From Antedon mediterranea (taxonomy: Eukaryota; Animalia; Echinodermata): a stretch of DNA of 64,000 nucleotides. Position 1 is the first letter of the stretch, and every line of letters starts with the position of its first letter. The notes under the pieces were generated by a model. It saw only the letters and a program-made list of their open reading frames with translations. It was not told the DNA's origin and did no database searches. Position numbers and translations under genes: made by a program. This document shows positions 1 to 12,569 of this stretch, piece after piece. The stretch covers positions 5,146,001 through 5,210,000 of the forward strand of contig NC_092680.1 in the NCBI RefSeq assembly GCF_964355755.1, written 5' to 3'.

Positions 1-20
1 CGAGGTCTGTCTCTTCCCAG
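1..20 (+). CDS. 3' end of an upstream exon of the hAT transposase (..EVCLFP-G)
   Basis: CCCAG|gttagt donor at 21; phase 1 fits the next exon. Only 20 nt are visible. Confidence 0.4.
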
Positions 21-573
21 GTTAGTACACTGTACCTACAATTCAGTATTAACTAAGTTAGTCTATATTATTAGCCTAATGATCATAATACAGTAAGTGT
101 ATATTTAGGTCTAGGCTTAGGGTAGTATTTCCTAGTTAAATTACCTTGCATACATTTTAGTAAATCTATTCTTAATCTTAACAGCGCAGGGACTCCATTT
201 TCATTACCACGATTAAACGGCGCGCACGTTACTATGCGCGTAATGCCGCAATTCGCGCGGTGTTGTTACACATTATTAATAAACACTTTTTAGTTTTATT
301 CTGAAAATAAATTAATCATGAAAATATTTTTTTTAGTGAATATTTATTTACCTATAATATAAGATCAAGTATGTTTTATTTCCATTTCACTCAACCACAA
401 ACATGTGAATAATGAATGTGGTTGTTAAAACTAAAAAGATTGTTATTAATATTATCGTCCTACTAGCTAGATAGAGGCCTATAATATACTATCTATAGCA
501 TAGGCCTAGCTAGTAGTAGTAGTATAGCTTTTTTGTTTACTACGAAACCCTCGAACGGCTTTTTCTACACCAG

Positions 574-684
574 GTGTTGATGAGGATGGTAACCTATCCG
601 ATCCAGAAACGGCCGTCAATGATGACATTGATGTAGACATTCAACTTCCTGTGGATTTAGAGATGCCCATTGAGCAAGAAGGAG
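574..684 (+). CDS. hAT transposase upstream exon (acidic linker VDEDGNLSDPETAVNDDIDVDIQLPVDLEMPIEQEG)
   Basis: ttttctacaccag| acceptor, GGAG|gtaaat donor, 111 nt open phase 1-1 exon, in frame with the main exon. Confidence 0.65.
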
Positions 685-830
685 GTAAATAATAATTCGT
701 CACGACTGTCCATGTTCATGATGCAGACAGTATCACGCGTTAGTGAAGAATGTATGTATCCTAAACAACTATAAAATTAAAAATTTACAAAACGGACATA
801 TTTTCAATTAATGTTCTGATTATTTTGCAG

Positions 831-3130
831 TTATTTGCAAGGATGTTGGGGACATTGTTAACAAGCTTATTGATATATCAACTCTAACACCATCAGAAAA
901 GCTTAAATACATCGACAACCACTTTGTACCCGATTCAAACTATAAGCATTTTTTAAAACAAATAGTAATGCAGGGTGAAGGTCGATCAAAGACACTAACT
1001 TTTCAGTATTCGTGGTTAGATCAATATAAGTGGTTAGTGTACAGCCCATCAGATCATGGTGGATACTGCAAGTATTGTGTGATGTTCCCTCCAGATAAGA
1101 CTAATTTATCCAATGCCGTATTAGTTGGGAGACCATTTAAAATTCTTAAGCACGCCAAAGGTAAAGATGGAGTACTTGATTGCCACACTAATTTCCTGTA
1201 TCATAAAACTGCTGTAGACAAATACAAGCAGCTTAGTATGTCTTTCCTGCATCCTGAACATCATGTTGATGTTCTGCTAAATGACGCTAGCAAACAAATC
1301 TACAAGGACAACATCCATATTCTCCAAAGTATCATCGAGGCAGTACTGCTATGTGGCAAGCAGAATATTGCCCTTCGTGGCCATCGAGATGATAGTACAA
1401 GCAGCTGTAGCAACACTGGGAACTTTCTGGCCATATTAAAGTTATTAAGTGGTAGAGATCCAATATTGAGGAAACACCTGGAATCTAGTAATAAAAATAG
1501 CACTTACACTTCGAAAACCATACAAAATGAATTGATAGGTATAATTGGTGAATTTGTTAGGAATAAGATAACAATTGATTTGTCTGATCAAAAGTATTCG
1601 AAGTACTACACTATTATAGCCGATGAGGTTACTGATACTACCACCAACAAAGAGGTATTATCAATTTGTTTACGGTTCTTAACCGGTGATGAGCAGGTGG
1701 AAATTGCAGAACATTTTGTCGACTTTGTCAACTTAAACCGCACCACAGGCAAGGCGATTGCTGATGCCATCATGAAATCGTTGAGTGACAATGGATTCAA
1801 CTACCAAAATCTCAGAGGTCAGGCATACGATGGGGCTTCGGCTATGTCATCTGCTGTAAGAGGTGTGAATGGTAGAATAAGAGAGGTAGTACCATTAGCA
1901 CTATACTCCCACTGTAAAAGTCACATTCTGAATTTGAGTATCGCATCATCCTGTAAGCTACAAGAAATTAGAAATATGATTGGTTCAATCAATGAAGTAT
2001 TTTTGTTTTTTTCAAACTCGCCAAAACGTCAAGCAATGTTTGAAAGCGTTTTAGAACATTCTGATTATGATGGGAAAAAAAAGAAAATTAAGGGTTTGTG
2101 TAAAACACGTTGGGTGGAGCGTCATGATTGTTATGAAACGTTTCATGAGTTGTTTGCACACATAGTTACCACACTTGAAGTTATACTTCGGCCTAATGAT
2201 TTCCCCGACATAATTGGTAATGAAGATTGGTCATGGGATCCCGACACCAGGACGAAAGCACAGGGACTATATTCAACACTACAGTCTTTTGAGTTTTTAA
2301 TGTCATTTTTTGTGACAAAGCAGTGCTTGTTTCCAAATAGACCAATTGCTGTCAAGTTACAACGCAGTAATTTGGACTCTTTCGAAGCCTACCATAAGAT
2401 TGACACAGTAATTAGTCAGTTACAAGAGATAAGACGTGATATTGATAATCATTTTTCTGCTTGGTTTGCTGATGCATCACAACTTACTATAAGTGTTGGT
2501 GGCGTAGTATCCAAACCAAGAACCAACAGGCGACAATTGCACAGAAGCAATGTGCCAGCAGATACCATTGAAGAGTATTTCCGGAAAAACCTGGCTATCC
2601 CATTCATAGATCACTTGCTCAATGAAATGGAGACAAGATTCAATGCTCAGTCTAGAGTTATCGCTTCACTGTTTGAAATAATTCCCGAATTAATTATCAA
2701 GAGCGTCAACGTTGCACCCGTCTGTGAAAAATTGTTATTTTGGAAGAGCGACTTGCCATCTCCTTTGTCATTATGTAATGAATTAAGGTACTGGAGAGCC
2801 CATTGGGTAACCGTGAAGAGAGAAGAACATCCACAAAATTTACTTGAATGTCTAAGAAATTGTGACAAGGATATTTATCCCAATATTTATGAGCTCCTCT
2901 GTATAGGTTGTGTCTCACCAGTTGGTAGTGCAGAAGCGGAACGCTCCTTCTCAGGGTTAAGACGAGTGAAGAGCTACCTCCGTAATAGGATGACGGTAGA
3001 GAGACTGACCGGATTATCACTAATGATGATACATCATGATGTTGATGTTGATGTAAATGTAATTTCAGACATTTTTATTCGTAGAAACAATAGGAGATTG
3101 TTCAAACGGAGCATTCTCAACATGTTGTAA
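831..3130 (+). CDS. hAT-family transposase main exon (TTF-type Zn finger, DUF4371-like, RNase H-like DDE core, hATC dimerization domain; THAP12/PRKRIR- and ZMYM1-like)
   Basis: The 720-aa ORF 968-3130 stays open 45 codons upstream to the acceptor tattttgcag| at 830. Motifs: FQYSWL..YKWLVYS..GGYCKYC (TTF Zn finger), IALRGHRD, YTSKTIQNE, IIADEVTD (D1), GQAYDGA (D2), HCKSHILNL (CxxH), TRW, AERSFSGLRRVKSYLRNRM (E, hATC). Confidence 0.93.
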
Positions 3131-3148
3131 TACTTTAAGATACTAGAT

Positions 3149-4471
3149 AATAATGTTAAATGTTCGTGGTGGTGAGCCAGAATAACAGTATTCTGGAGTG
3201 AGGGTATGGGTTACCTCTACCTCTCTAGGCCCCCCAGACGCACACTGGGTTAACAAATGTATTGTAAATAATGTTAAATGTTCGTGGTGGTGAGCCAGAA
3301 TAACAGTATTCTGGAGTGAGGGTATGGGTTACCTCTACCTCTCTAGGCCCCCCAGACGCACACTGGGTTAACAAATGTATTGTAAATAATGTTAAATGTT
3401 CGTGGTGGTGAGCCAGAATAACAGTATTCTGGAGTGAGGGTATGGGTTACCTCTACCTCTCTAGGCCCCCCAGACGCACACTGGGTTAACAAATGTATTG
3501 TAAATAATGTTAAATGTTTGTGGTGGTGAGCCAGAATAACAGTATTCTGGAGTGAGGGTATGGGTTACCTCTACCTCTCTAGGCCCCCCAGACGCACACT
3601 GGGTTAACAAATGTATTGTAAATAATGTTAAATGTTCGTGGTGGTGAGCCAGAATAACAGTATTCTGGAGTGAGGGTATGGGTTACCTCTACCTCTCTAG
3701 GCCCCCCAGACGCACACTGGGTTAACAAATGTATTGTAAATAATGTTAAATGTTCGTGGTGGTGAGCCAGAATAACAGTATTCTGGAGTGAGGGTATGGG
3801 TTACCTCTACCTCTCTAGGCCCCCCAGACGCACACTGGGTTAACAAATGTATTGTAAATAATGTTAAATGTTCGTGGTGGTGAGCCAGAATAACAGTATT
3901 CTGGAGTGAGGGTATGGGTTACCTCTACCTCTCTAGGCCCCCCAGACGCACACTGGGTTAACAAATGTATTGTAAATAATGTTAAATGTTCGTGGTGGTG
4001 AGCCAGAATAACAGTATTCTGGAGTGAGGGTATGGGTTACCTCTACCTCTCTAGGCCCCCCAGACGCACACTGGGTTAACAAATGTATTGTAAATAATGT
4101 TAAATGTTCGTGGTGGTGAGCCAGAATAACAGTATTCTGGAGTGAGGGTATGGGTTATCTCTACCTCTCTAGGCCCCCCAGACGCACACTGGGTTAACAA
4201 ATGTATTGTAAATAATGTTAAATGTTCGTGGTGGTGAGCCAGAATAATAGTATTCTGGAGTGAGGGTATGGGTTACCTCTACCTCTCTAGGCCCCCCAGA
4301 CGCACACTGGGTTAACAAATGTATTGTAAATAATGTTAAATGTTCGTGGTGGTGAGCCAGAATAACAGTATTCTGGAGTGAGGGTATGGGTTATCTCTAC
4401 CTCTCTAGGCCCCCCAGACGCACACTGGGTTAACAAATGTATTGTAAATAATGTTAAATGTTCGTGGTGGT
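3149..4471. repeat. Tandem array, 118-bp unit, about 11.2 copies, near-identical
   Basis: Unit AATAATGTTAAATGTTCGTGGTGGTGAGCCAGAATAACAGTATTCTGG...AACAAATGTATTGTA repeats with period 118 (TAATGTTAAA at 3151, 3269 ... 4449); only a few single substitutions seen. Confidence 0.98.
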
Positions 4472-4983
4472 AATACACTACTTGAAAACTTATAAAGTTT
4501 TACCGTATACTTTACGATGGGTATTGTGTGAATTCTTGATTTTGTGTTCATCAATAGAAACGGAAAAACTGCTCATTTTTAAATCAAATAAATTCAGTAA
4601 TCAACATGAAAACAATGTCGAATGATAAAAGATTACATGCATCATCAATTGATAATAATAATGAATTATCATTTTATGACCGAATCGGAAGTACGTTCAT
4701 CTGGGACTTCCCCCGACGTTTGCATTGAACGCAACAAAAAAAGATGTATCTATTGTTAGTCGCCGCGTAAATAAAGTGTCATTTCCGGCGAACTAGAAAG
4801 GTGCCATTTATCATGGATTTTGCGTGCGAGAGTACCATTTCCGGCCATCTAAGTGTGTCCTGTAACAAAATTCGCTTCGCCACAACCCCCACCATGGGGG
4901 GGCTGTGGCTCAAATACTCAATATCTGATGTGCCCTTTTTATCGGCGGACCCCCCCTCTCAAAAATTTCTGGATCCGCCCCAG

Positions 4984-5235
4984 TTACGTCAACATGTCGT
5001 GAGTTCAAATCCCACGCTGATTGGAACGTTGACGTGGTGGAATAGAGTTAAAGCTATACAAGCTACTTTCTTTTGGGGTTCACAGAATTACACATCATGA
5101 GGAAGAAACATCAATGTGTCTGGTGATGTCGTGGAAACGACTCCAAGGCTATGACAGGGCATTAGTGTTGCGGCAAGGAAAGCACACCATAACATCTTGT
5201 TTGGCTTAAGCCACCTGCTTTCGATCTCGTAACTT
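4984..5235 (+). mobile_element. Possible tRNA-derived SINE remnant interrupted by the hAT element
   Basis: GTCGTGAGTTCAAATCCCAC (B-box/T-arm-like) lies just right of the hAT end, followed by a GC-richer body. Confidence 0.35.
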
Positions 5236-7714
5236 TTATGTTTAGCACCCTCAATTTTAAGAACACCTGTATGAAAATGTCAGAAACAAAATACCACTAG
5301 AACGTTTTTGTAAGACGATATCGAACGACTACACAAATTTAATCTAATGACGTAATGATCAATAAAATCGATACAAAGATTATATTGTTCTTATTGATCA
5401 TGACGTCATTTGATCGGATTTATGGAAATATCATTTTCATCCATCAAAGAAAGTCAGGGTAGGCCAACAGTGTTAATATCTTAGTTCTAAGATGAAAACT
5501 TTCTAATGTTTGTTTATTTTCTGTAGAAAAGTATGTATTTATCTATCTATCGTCGTTGTTTATCGTGCGTATCGGGCCTTGCTGTTTGCAGTACACTACG
5601 TGAATATGTCAACGTATGTCTGTCTATGATGTGGCAGTGGTCATGTGCAAGAAAAAAATCCTTAAAAATGACATTTTCTTATAGTCTCAATTACTCGTCA
5701 TCATGGTTGAAATCGTTTTAAAGGTTGATTCATATTTGTTTACGCAATTTGTATAATGTTAATAGTGCTATTAGCATTGGAAGCTGATTTTATTCTCGTT
5801 TGTACGACGACAAATCTTCGCCAAATCGTTTACAAGAATGATATTTATAGTTGTGTGTTACATCATTGCACAAATTGTTCACGTTTTCACAACCAAGAGA
5901 GGGGTCACGTACGTGTTACTTATGATAGACCTACGTTAGGCATACATAGAACAAAAGTCATTGTTACTTTTGACCAATACATCGAATGGTTCCAAGTTTT
6001 GACGATTATGGAAACGTTGTGTTTGATTATCAATTCCACGTAATCTGTTAAAAATCCTTACCATAAGACACGGGATATAGTAAAATTCGAGGTATAAGAT
6101 TGTAGAGGGTACCGTACATTATGCCTCGAATTTCACACGATTAAAAGCGCGTATAACACGCGATTAAAGCAAGCTTGATCCTCGACGTTTTAAAGGGGGA
6201 TGATTGAACCAACATTTGAATTGTTGTTGTAGGAATGAATTTGTGAAAACTTTTTATTCTACGAGGGGAAAAGAGTTGGTGGGAGGGAGGGGTATGGCTT
6301 GAGGGAGGTTAACATCAAAATAAAGGATGATTGTTGCGTCTTGTTACTTATTAAACCAAAAGGAATAACGATAAACCAAAATGATATATCTGTAATTATT
6401 ATTAAAAACTATCAGTAAGTAAATACCACTCATAAATATTCACATTAGAAAAGAAAATAGCCTCATAAATATTCATAAGGTAAATAATGGCTTCTAGATG
6501 TTTATGGATGAAACATAACAAGTTGCTAATGAGCAGGAAGGCGTACTACTCCCAAAAGAGCAATTATTTAAGTATCATTATCACTTCTTTATATTCATAT
6601 TATCCAATGTACATTGCGTCATACCTCATATTGTGACACCAACGTACGTGGTGTCTACAAATTCAAGCCACCCGAGATACAGATAATTGAGTAAGATGGG
6701 GAGCAGGCGCAGATCGTGAAGGATGAGAAAGAAACCTCCTCTGAATTGTGAGATGATTCTCTTATTTCCTACAGCAAAACTCAACAAATTGGTTTCCGGT
6801 ACAACAAACGCCTCCTATATTTACAAATTATATCAAAATAACAATATATTTCTTTATTGAAGACAATTCTGTATTCGAATAAAAAGAAGAGAATAATCGG
6901 TTCCTATTATGTGGTTTAGTATCCATTTATATCCCACGTTCTCCAGATCTCTCAAACCACCAATTATGTTGAATAACTACCGTCCTAACTTACAAATCCG
7001 TGAACCACGAGTGTAGTCCTATGACCACTCACCGCAGTCCACTTGCAGTAGTTAAATCTTCGTGATTTAAACAAAAAGAAGCTATATAAAATAAGACTGA
7101 AATTACTTAACTGTAACTAAATAAATTGTTGATAACAAATATTTAAATATCATGTCCATATATTTGCTCGACGTTAAAATCGATGATTAAACAAATCAAT
7201 GGGAAATGAATTAAAACACTCATGAAAGATCAAAATACATGAATATGTACATAATAATCGAACAATTCAGACGAAACAAAAACCAGAAATATAATTAGAT
7301 CTGATTGATAAATGAATAGCAAACGATTGGAACTAAGGTGACCGAACCAAAACGAGGTGATGAACAATTACCAACAATCAAAAGGCTAAAACGATGTTTG
7401 ACCATTATGATAATATGAATTTTGCTTAAGTTATAGCAGGCTTTAAAACATCTAAAGTAATTCCTTCGCAGAGCCTCTTAGATAGATCTTTCTGGAATAT
7501 TTGGTTTATAATTGTAAGCCGATGTTGCTTAGCTTTTAGGTTATTTGCTTCCCATTACGAGTAAAACGAAGTAGCTTCAATCCCTAAGGATTCAAAAAGC
7601 TTGAATGAAAACCTATGTTTATGGTCGTCAGGATTAACACGCTATCATTACAGTTCAGAGACACTTCGTACAGACGCGAGCAATGCTGCATGCGACGTTG
7701 TTTTGTCATTTGTT

Positions 7715-8020
7715 AAGCTTGGTTCCCACTTAGAAGGAATAGACGGGTATGAGAGGATGAAAGGTCTTGCAGGTATACGGCATGGTAAAATACTTAAGTT
7801 TGGTCCCCACTTGAACGCAACGCAAGGACGTGAAGCGCAACGCCAACGAGTTGACCAATGACAAGGACAGTTTAATCTATTGCTTGTGATTGGCCAAATC
7901 ACTTAGGTCTGTGTTGGGTTGGGGTCAAGTTTTAAGCGTGGTTCTCACTAGAGACGCAACGCAAGGACGTAGACGCAACGCAAGCGAGTTGACCAATGAC
8001 AAGCGACAGTTCGTTGCGGT
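7715..8020. mobile_element. Cluster of degenerate MITE family A fragments (TIR AGCTTGGTTCCCACTAG, PIF/Harbinger-like)
   Basis: Three TIR-like starts plus the internal GACGCAACGCAAG/TTGACCAATGACAAGCGACAGTT motifs shared with other copies. Confidence 0.7.
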
Positions 8021-8529
8021 CATCATCATACTCTTCTTTATCATCAACACCATTTTACAAGTAAATGCCAAAAAATAACGTTAAATTTAATTCAATCTGG
8101 GAAATTATTTTGATTGTTGCATGCAGACTCTCAAAAGTATAGACAAAAGTTAAAAAGAGTAGGCAGTACCATTAAAAAAAAGTATAAATATTTTAAAATA
8201 TACACTAAAAATTAAACGTCGTAACAAATATCTCTTTTTTAAAAATAAGATATAACCGGTCATTGTCACCTGTTTGTTGGCGTTATTTCAATTCACCAAA
8301 TCCTATTTTGAAAACATTGTATTGCTTATTAAAGAGAATCTCATCACTTCGCCAAATATGGACTCTAAAATTCCAGAAATAAATGGATGTAGAGGCCCAT
8401 AAGTCGTTTGTATTCTGTCGTATATTTATAACGCATTAAAAATAACCAGGACCGTGTGTTAGACAAGTGGTATGGAGATGCTTGTGTTAGTTCATTGAAA
8501 TCCTTCATAATTAATTCTCTTCTACCTTA

Positions 8530-8678
8530 AGCTTGGTTCCCGCTGGGACGCAAACGCAGAGGGACGTAAACGCAACGCAAGCGTGTTGACCAACGACAAG
8601 CGACAGTTCGAATAATACATCGCTTGTGATTGGTCAACTTACTTACGTTACGTTACCTCCTATAGTGGAAACCAAGCA
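8530..8678. mobile_element. MITE family A copy (palindromic, TTA TSD)
   Basis: tta|AGCTTGGTTCCC ... GGAAACCAAGCA|tta with internal inverted symmetry. Confidence 0.8.
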
Positions 8679-9221
8679 TTATGAGAAAAATATTAGTATA
8701 CTGAAACAGTTCATAATTATACGTCTCTTCCGAGCCGAATTGAAGACAATGTGTCAAAACTGAATTCATTTGAGGTTTTTCAGGCGTGATTTGAAAAGTA
8801 GAGTAACAATGTCACGTTGCTTATAAACCAACAGCTTATATTCTAATCTGAAAGATGATATTTTTGCATTTGTCATTATGAGAGGGGCGGGCTAGCTATT
8901 ATTTTTTTCTTCTGTATGTTGATTTGATATACATCCCGGCCGCTGGCTGCAAGCTGTTCCATAGTACCGTGTTATTATTTCTATACCTTTGTTTCTTTCA
9001 CAATTATCAAGGTATCCATTGCACATATCACAATTGACATCAGCACAATGTTTGGCGCAGATTGTTACTGAAATGTCTGAACTCGATTGACCATCAACAC
9101 ATTTTGGCTGCAACCCCTTATTAAATAGGCCTACAAATTAATACTGGACTCGCGCGTGACGTGCGTGTAACTAGCTAATATTGATTTGAGGCCCGGCATT
9201 CAATCTAACTTATGATAGGCC

Positions 9222-9335
9222 TAGTCTGGGTTCCAGGCGGAGTTTTAAATTAATATTAATTGAAATATAAATTTTTGGCACATGGCGTTTCATCGAAAAG
9301 CCTCGAAAGAACACAGACTTGGGGCAAGTCAAGTC
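9222..9335 (+). repeat. Dispersed repeat family C (AGTCTGGGTTCCAG...TTTTGGCACATGGCGTTTCAT...AGACTTGGGGCAAGTC)
   Basis: Related copies at ~20630-20777 (-) and ~42835-42990 (+), with partial ones at ~18590-18720, ~21560-21650 and ~52190-52260. Confidence 0.65.
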
Positions 9336-9482
9336 TATGATAGGCCTTAAGATAACAAAATTACAAATATTATATCTATATTATTATATAAGTGTTTATA
9401 TCAAGAAAGGATTAATTAATATTAAGGTCATCATCTTGGTTTAACAAATAAAATTAAAACAAGGATTGCGGTGGTCCGGTTT

Positions 9483-9680
9483 GCGATATTTCTTGGCATA
9501 CCGTACATAAGTTGGGGACCCCTCATGAACCGTCACAAAATAAACATAAGTCATATCTATAAGGTGTGACGTAAGAATTGATCTAACTACAATTAACTAA
9601 TAATGAGATTATTTAGAGGTTTAATTATATTTATCTTTCACATAATGGATCCCCAACTTATGTACGAAAAGAAAAATCGC
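9483..9680. mobile_element. MULE/Mutator-like MITE with 9-bp TSD
   Basis: TSD GTCCGGTTT at 9474-9482 and 9681-9689; termini GCGATATTTCTT / AAGAAAAATCGC; perfect internal IR CGTACATAAGTTGGGGA / TCCCCAACTTATGTACG. Confidence 0.75.
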
Positions 9681-10514
9681 GTCCGGTTTTATCTCATCCG
9701 TGGGGGTGGGTAGAACCAGACTTTACATTACAATAATCGTTTGGAATATAGTAAACATGTCAATTATAATGTCGATATCTCTTTCGGCTTGGCATTTATC
9801 TCAAGATTACTTTATTGCAAATGAGAGTAATTGTTTGGATAAAATTTAACGATGTTAACGAGTTAATGTGTTCGTATGACGCAATAACTGCTGGTTTAAG
9901 AGTCATTGCGTTTGCAACTTACGTTACATTGACCGATGTCAAGTAAAAGGGACATATTCTAAATGTGGATGTGCTTACTCTCCACTCGGTCAATGAATAC
10001 TTTACAATTTTTAATGTCATAATAATTAAGATAATCAAACTAATTTAGCATCAGCATATATATTTTCATAATTTACGAGATTTACCTTGTTGAGTTTGAC
10101 TATACATTTCGTTACGATTTTTAAATTTAAATTTTAGATCGTTAATTGGACCTAAAATGCGTCTTCTACTTCTTGAATCGGATTAACAAATATTTATAAT
10201 AGTCATATTTGGTTTAGTTATTCAGGTGCATCTGGTATATATATATATCAGGCTGGGGATAAAACATACCTCAAACGGCCTCCTATAAAAGCATGCCGAA
10301 AATGGTCCAGAGCTCATCAATGTTATTCAATATCGGAGATCAATACCTTATACATGAAACAGAGATCAATACTTATATCATATCTATTTGGAGGTACACA
10401 CCTAATTGGTAACAGTAGCTTAGGCTGCTTTTGTGCTTTCCTGGCAGCTTGAGACTATGATTTTATATTTTCTTTTGCGTCGTGCTTGTTTAATTTGTTG
10501 ATTTGTATTATATT

Positions 10515-10689
10515 CAGGGAATAATTTCGCCAGTGTAGCATAGCAAAAAGCTATACAAAACAACAATATTGCTACACATTTCTAAAATTGTGTAGCAAAA
10601 AATACAATACAAAACTATGTTTCTTGACTCAAAAATCAGTTTGATTAGCAATTTTGCTAAACAAAATTACAAAATGAAATTTTTCCCTG
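10515..10689. mobile_element. Small MITE with CAGGGAA TIRs
   Basis: CAGGGAATAATTTC ... GAAATTTTTCCCTG; only ATATT is duplicated in the flanks. Confidence 0.5.
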
Positions 10690-10719
10690 ATATTTTGTAA
10701 AATGTATCTTTTGCCAGAA

Positions 10720-10845
10720 TAAATAATAATAATAATAATAATAAACGCGTCGTCATCAAAAGATATTGAAACGCGTCATCATCAAGGGATATTAAAACGC
10801 GTCATTATCAAGGAATATTAAAACGCGTCGTCATAACGCGTTATC
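10720..10845. repeat. (AAT)n microsatellite followed by 3-4 copies of a ~26-bp unit AAACGCGTCRTCATCAARRGATATT
   Basis: Visible direct repeats. Confidence 0.75.
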
Positions 10846-12569
10846 GGCATGGATGTGTTAAATACTTGCAAATTATGCAGTTTAGAATTTTTAGCATTAA
10901 TTACTATATAAATTGGAAACAAAATGTCCCCTATGGTACGACATATTACTCATTGTTATTGTATGTATTCTTGGTATTGTACCGTACTAAACTCACAAAG
11001 AAATAAAAGTACAGCTGGTACACCGCGGCCCAGCATATTACAACCAAACATTGGCAGATGGTCGCTCATTACTTTACACGCTCTTTCCTTAAAATCTTAA
11101 TACTAAAAGTGATAATGCTATTGGACGTATACAATCATTTCGACCTATAGGAATAAACAGTCAAGTGTTTATGGGTTGCCTTAGGCACACAAACGTTTGT
11201 TTTTTTGTGTAAAATACCATTCCAACAAATATAAACGAGCTAATAAGTTCTGTTTGTACTATATTCATTATGTTTGACTTTTGTGTTGAGTTTGTCCTTA
11301 TTCGATCATAAACATTGAGTAAAACTTCTCCCTTTATTACAATACAGCATAAAGACAGACAATTTAAAATTTCATTTTTTTTTAACTTTATGCTTATAAT
11401 GCAATAATACATTTATAAAATTAATATTAATAACTAATTTAAGATTCATATTGTTATAATAATTAAGAAATTCTTGAAAATGGACAAGTTCTTTTTATCT
11501 TATGAGATTTAAAAAGATATGTTAACAAATAATTCCTTAGATTATTTATAAAAAGCAAAATCATTGACAAAGTTAAGGTGATTTTGTTTGGCTAAAAGTT
11601 AGAAGATAGACAGTACAACACGCCTGTAGTACATACAGAAAGGCCTTTTCCGTTGCAAAGTTTACGGTGTCACTTCGTTAAAAAAAACATCTAGAAATAA
11701 TATATAATGAATATAACATAATTATTCTGATAAAAGAGAACAAAGATAAGATTTGAAAATAGTTGAGTATTAAAAACAGGATGTGTTGATCGATCTGCAG
11801 TTATTATTGACACCCCCTTTGTACGGCACTTAAAGAAAAACAGCTTACGACGCAAATTTGTACGGCGTTTGTTTGGTTCAATCATAATAATACTTTTATC
11901 TGTTTAGAAATTGTTGTTTTATTACTGACATATGTTTAAACGTGTTAAAAAAATAACTAGGCGTCAAATGATCTATTTTTAACAAACAGCGCTGGAATGG
12001 ACGGGGATGCTGTGGCTATGAGTCTGGGAGGCACGGCAATGATAAAAAGTCTAGTCCTTACACTTGGACGCAAAACAACGACGTAGGCGCAACGCAAGTG
12101 AGTTGTGACCAATCACAAGCGACAGTTCCGATAATCCATCGCGTCGTGATTGTTCAAAATGCTTGCGGTGCGTTTACGTCCTTACGTTGCGTCCAAGAAG
12201 CGTAAGCACTCCAGCTTAATTTGGTTGGTGTTTATTTTACTACGCATGTCAAAAAGGTCAAAAATAAAATATCCAATCCAAGATAACTATAACATTAGAA
12301 GTTGTAGCGCAGCGTTCCTCCTTTAAAGAGTTCATATCAATAATATGAGGTTAAGGTTCAATCAAAATAGCTTTTTAATCATCGATTAAACAGTGTGTAC
12401 AAGTACAAGTTATTCGTCTATTTATTTAATTACTGTTGTCGTGTTATATTTTATAATGTATTGACTGTTTTAAGATATAATCGATGTTTGCATACTGAAT
12501 GCATTTATGAACTGTATGTATGTCTTTACTAAGGCTTTTCGATTCGTAGATAAATATAAATACAGATTG

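Larger units (their letters stand above)
1..4983 (+). mobile_element. hAT-superfamily DNA transposon, putatively autonomous (left end outside window)
   Basis: Contains an intact hAT transposase ORF and ends in ...AAATTTCTGGATCCGCCCCAG (~4963-4983), resembling the CAGGGGCGGATCCAG-type hAT terminal inverted repeat. The TSD cannot be tested because the left end is missing; the right flank is TTACGTCA. Confidence 0.75.

Noticed and set aside
968-3130. Calling the ORF THAP12/PRKRIR or ZMYM1
   Set aside because: The similarity reflects shared hAT ancestry; no THAP or MYM domain is visible, and a TIR-like end follows, so no gene symbol was given.
3149-4471. CRISPR-like array
   Set aside because: The units are identical over their whole 118-bp length with no unique spacers, there are no cas genes, and the context is eukaryotic.
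4995-5020. tRNA gene (also at 32427-32450)
   Set aside because: Only a B-box/T-arm-like motif; no cloverleaf or acceptor stem, so a SINE remnant is more likely.
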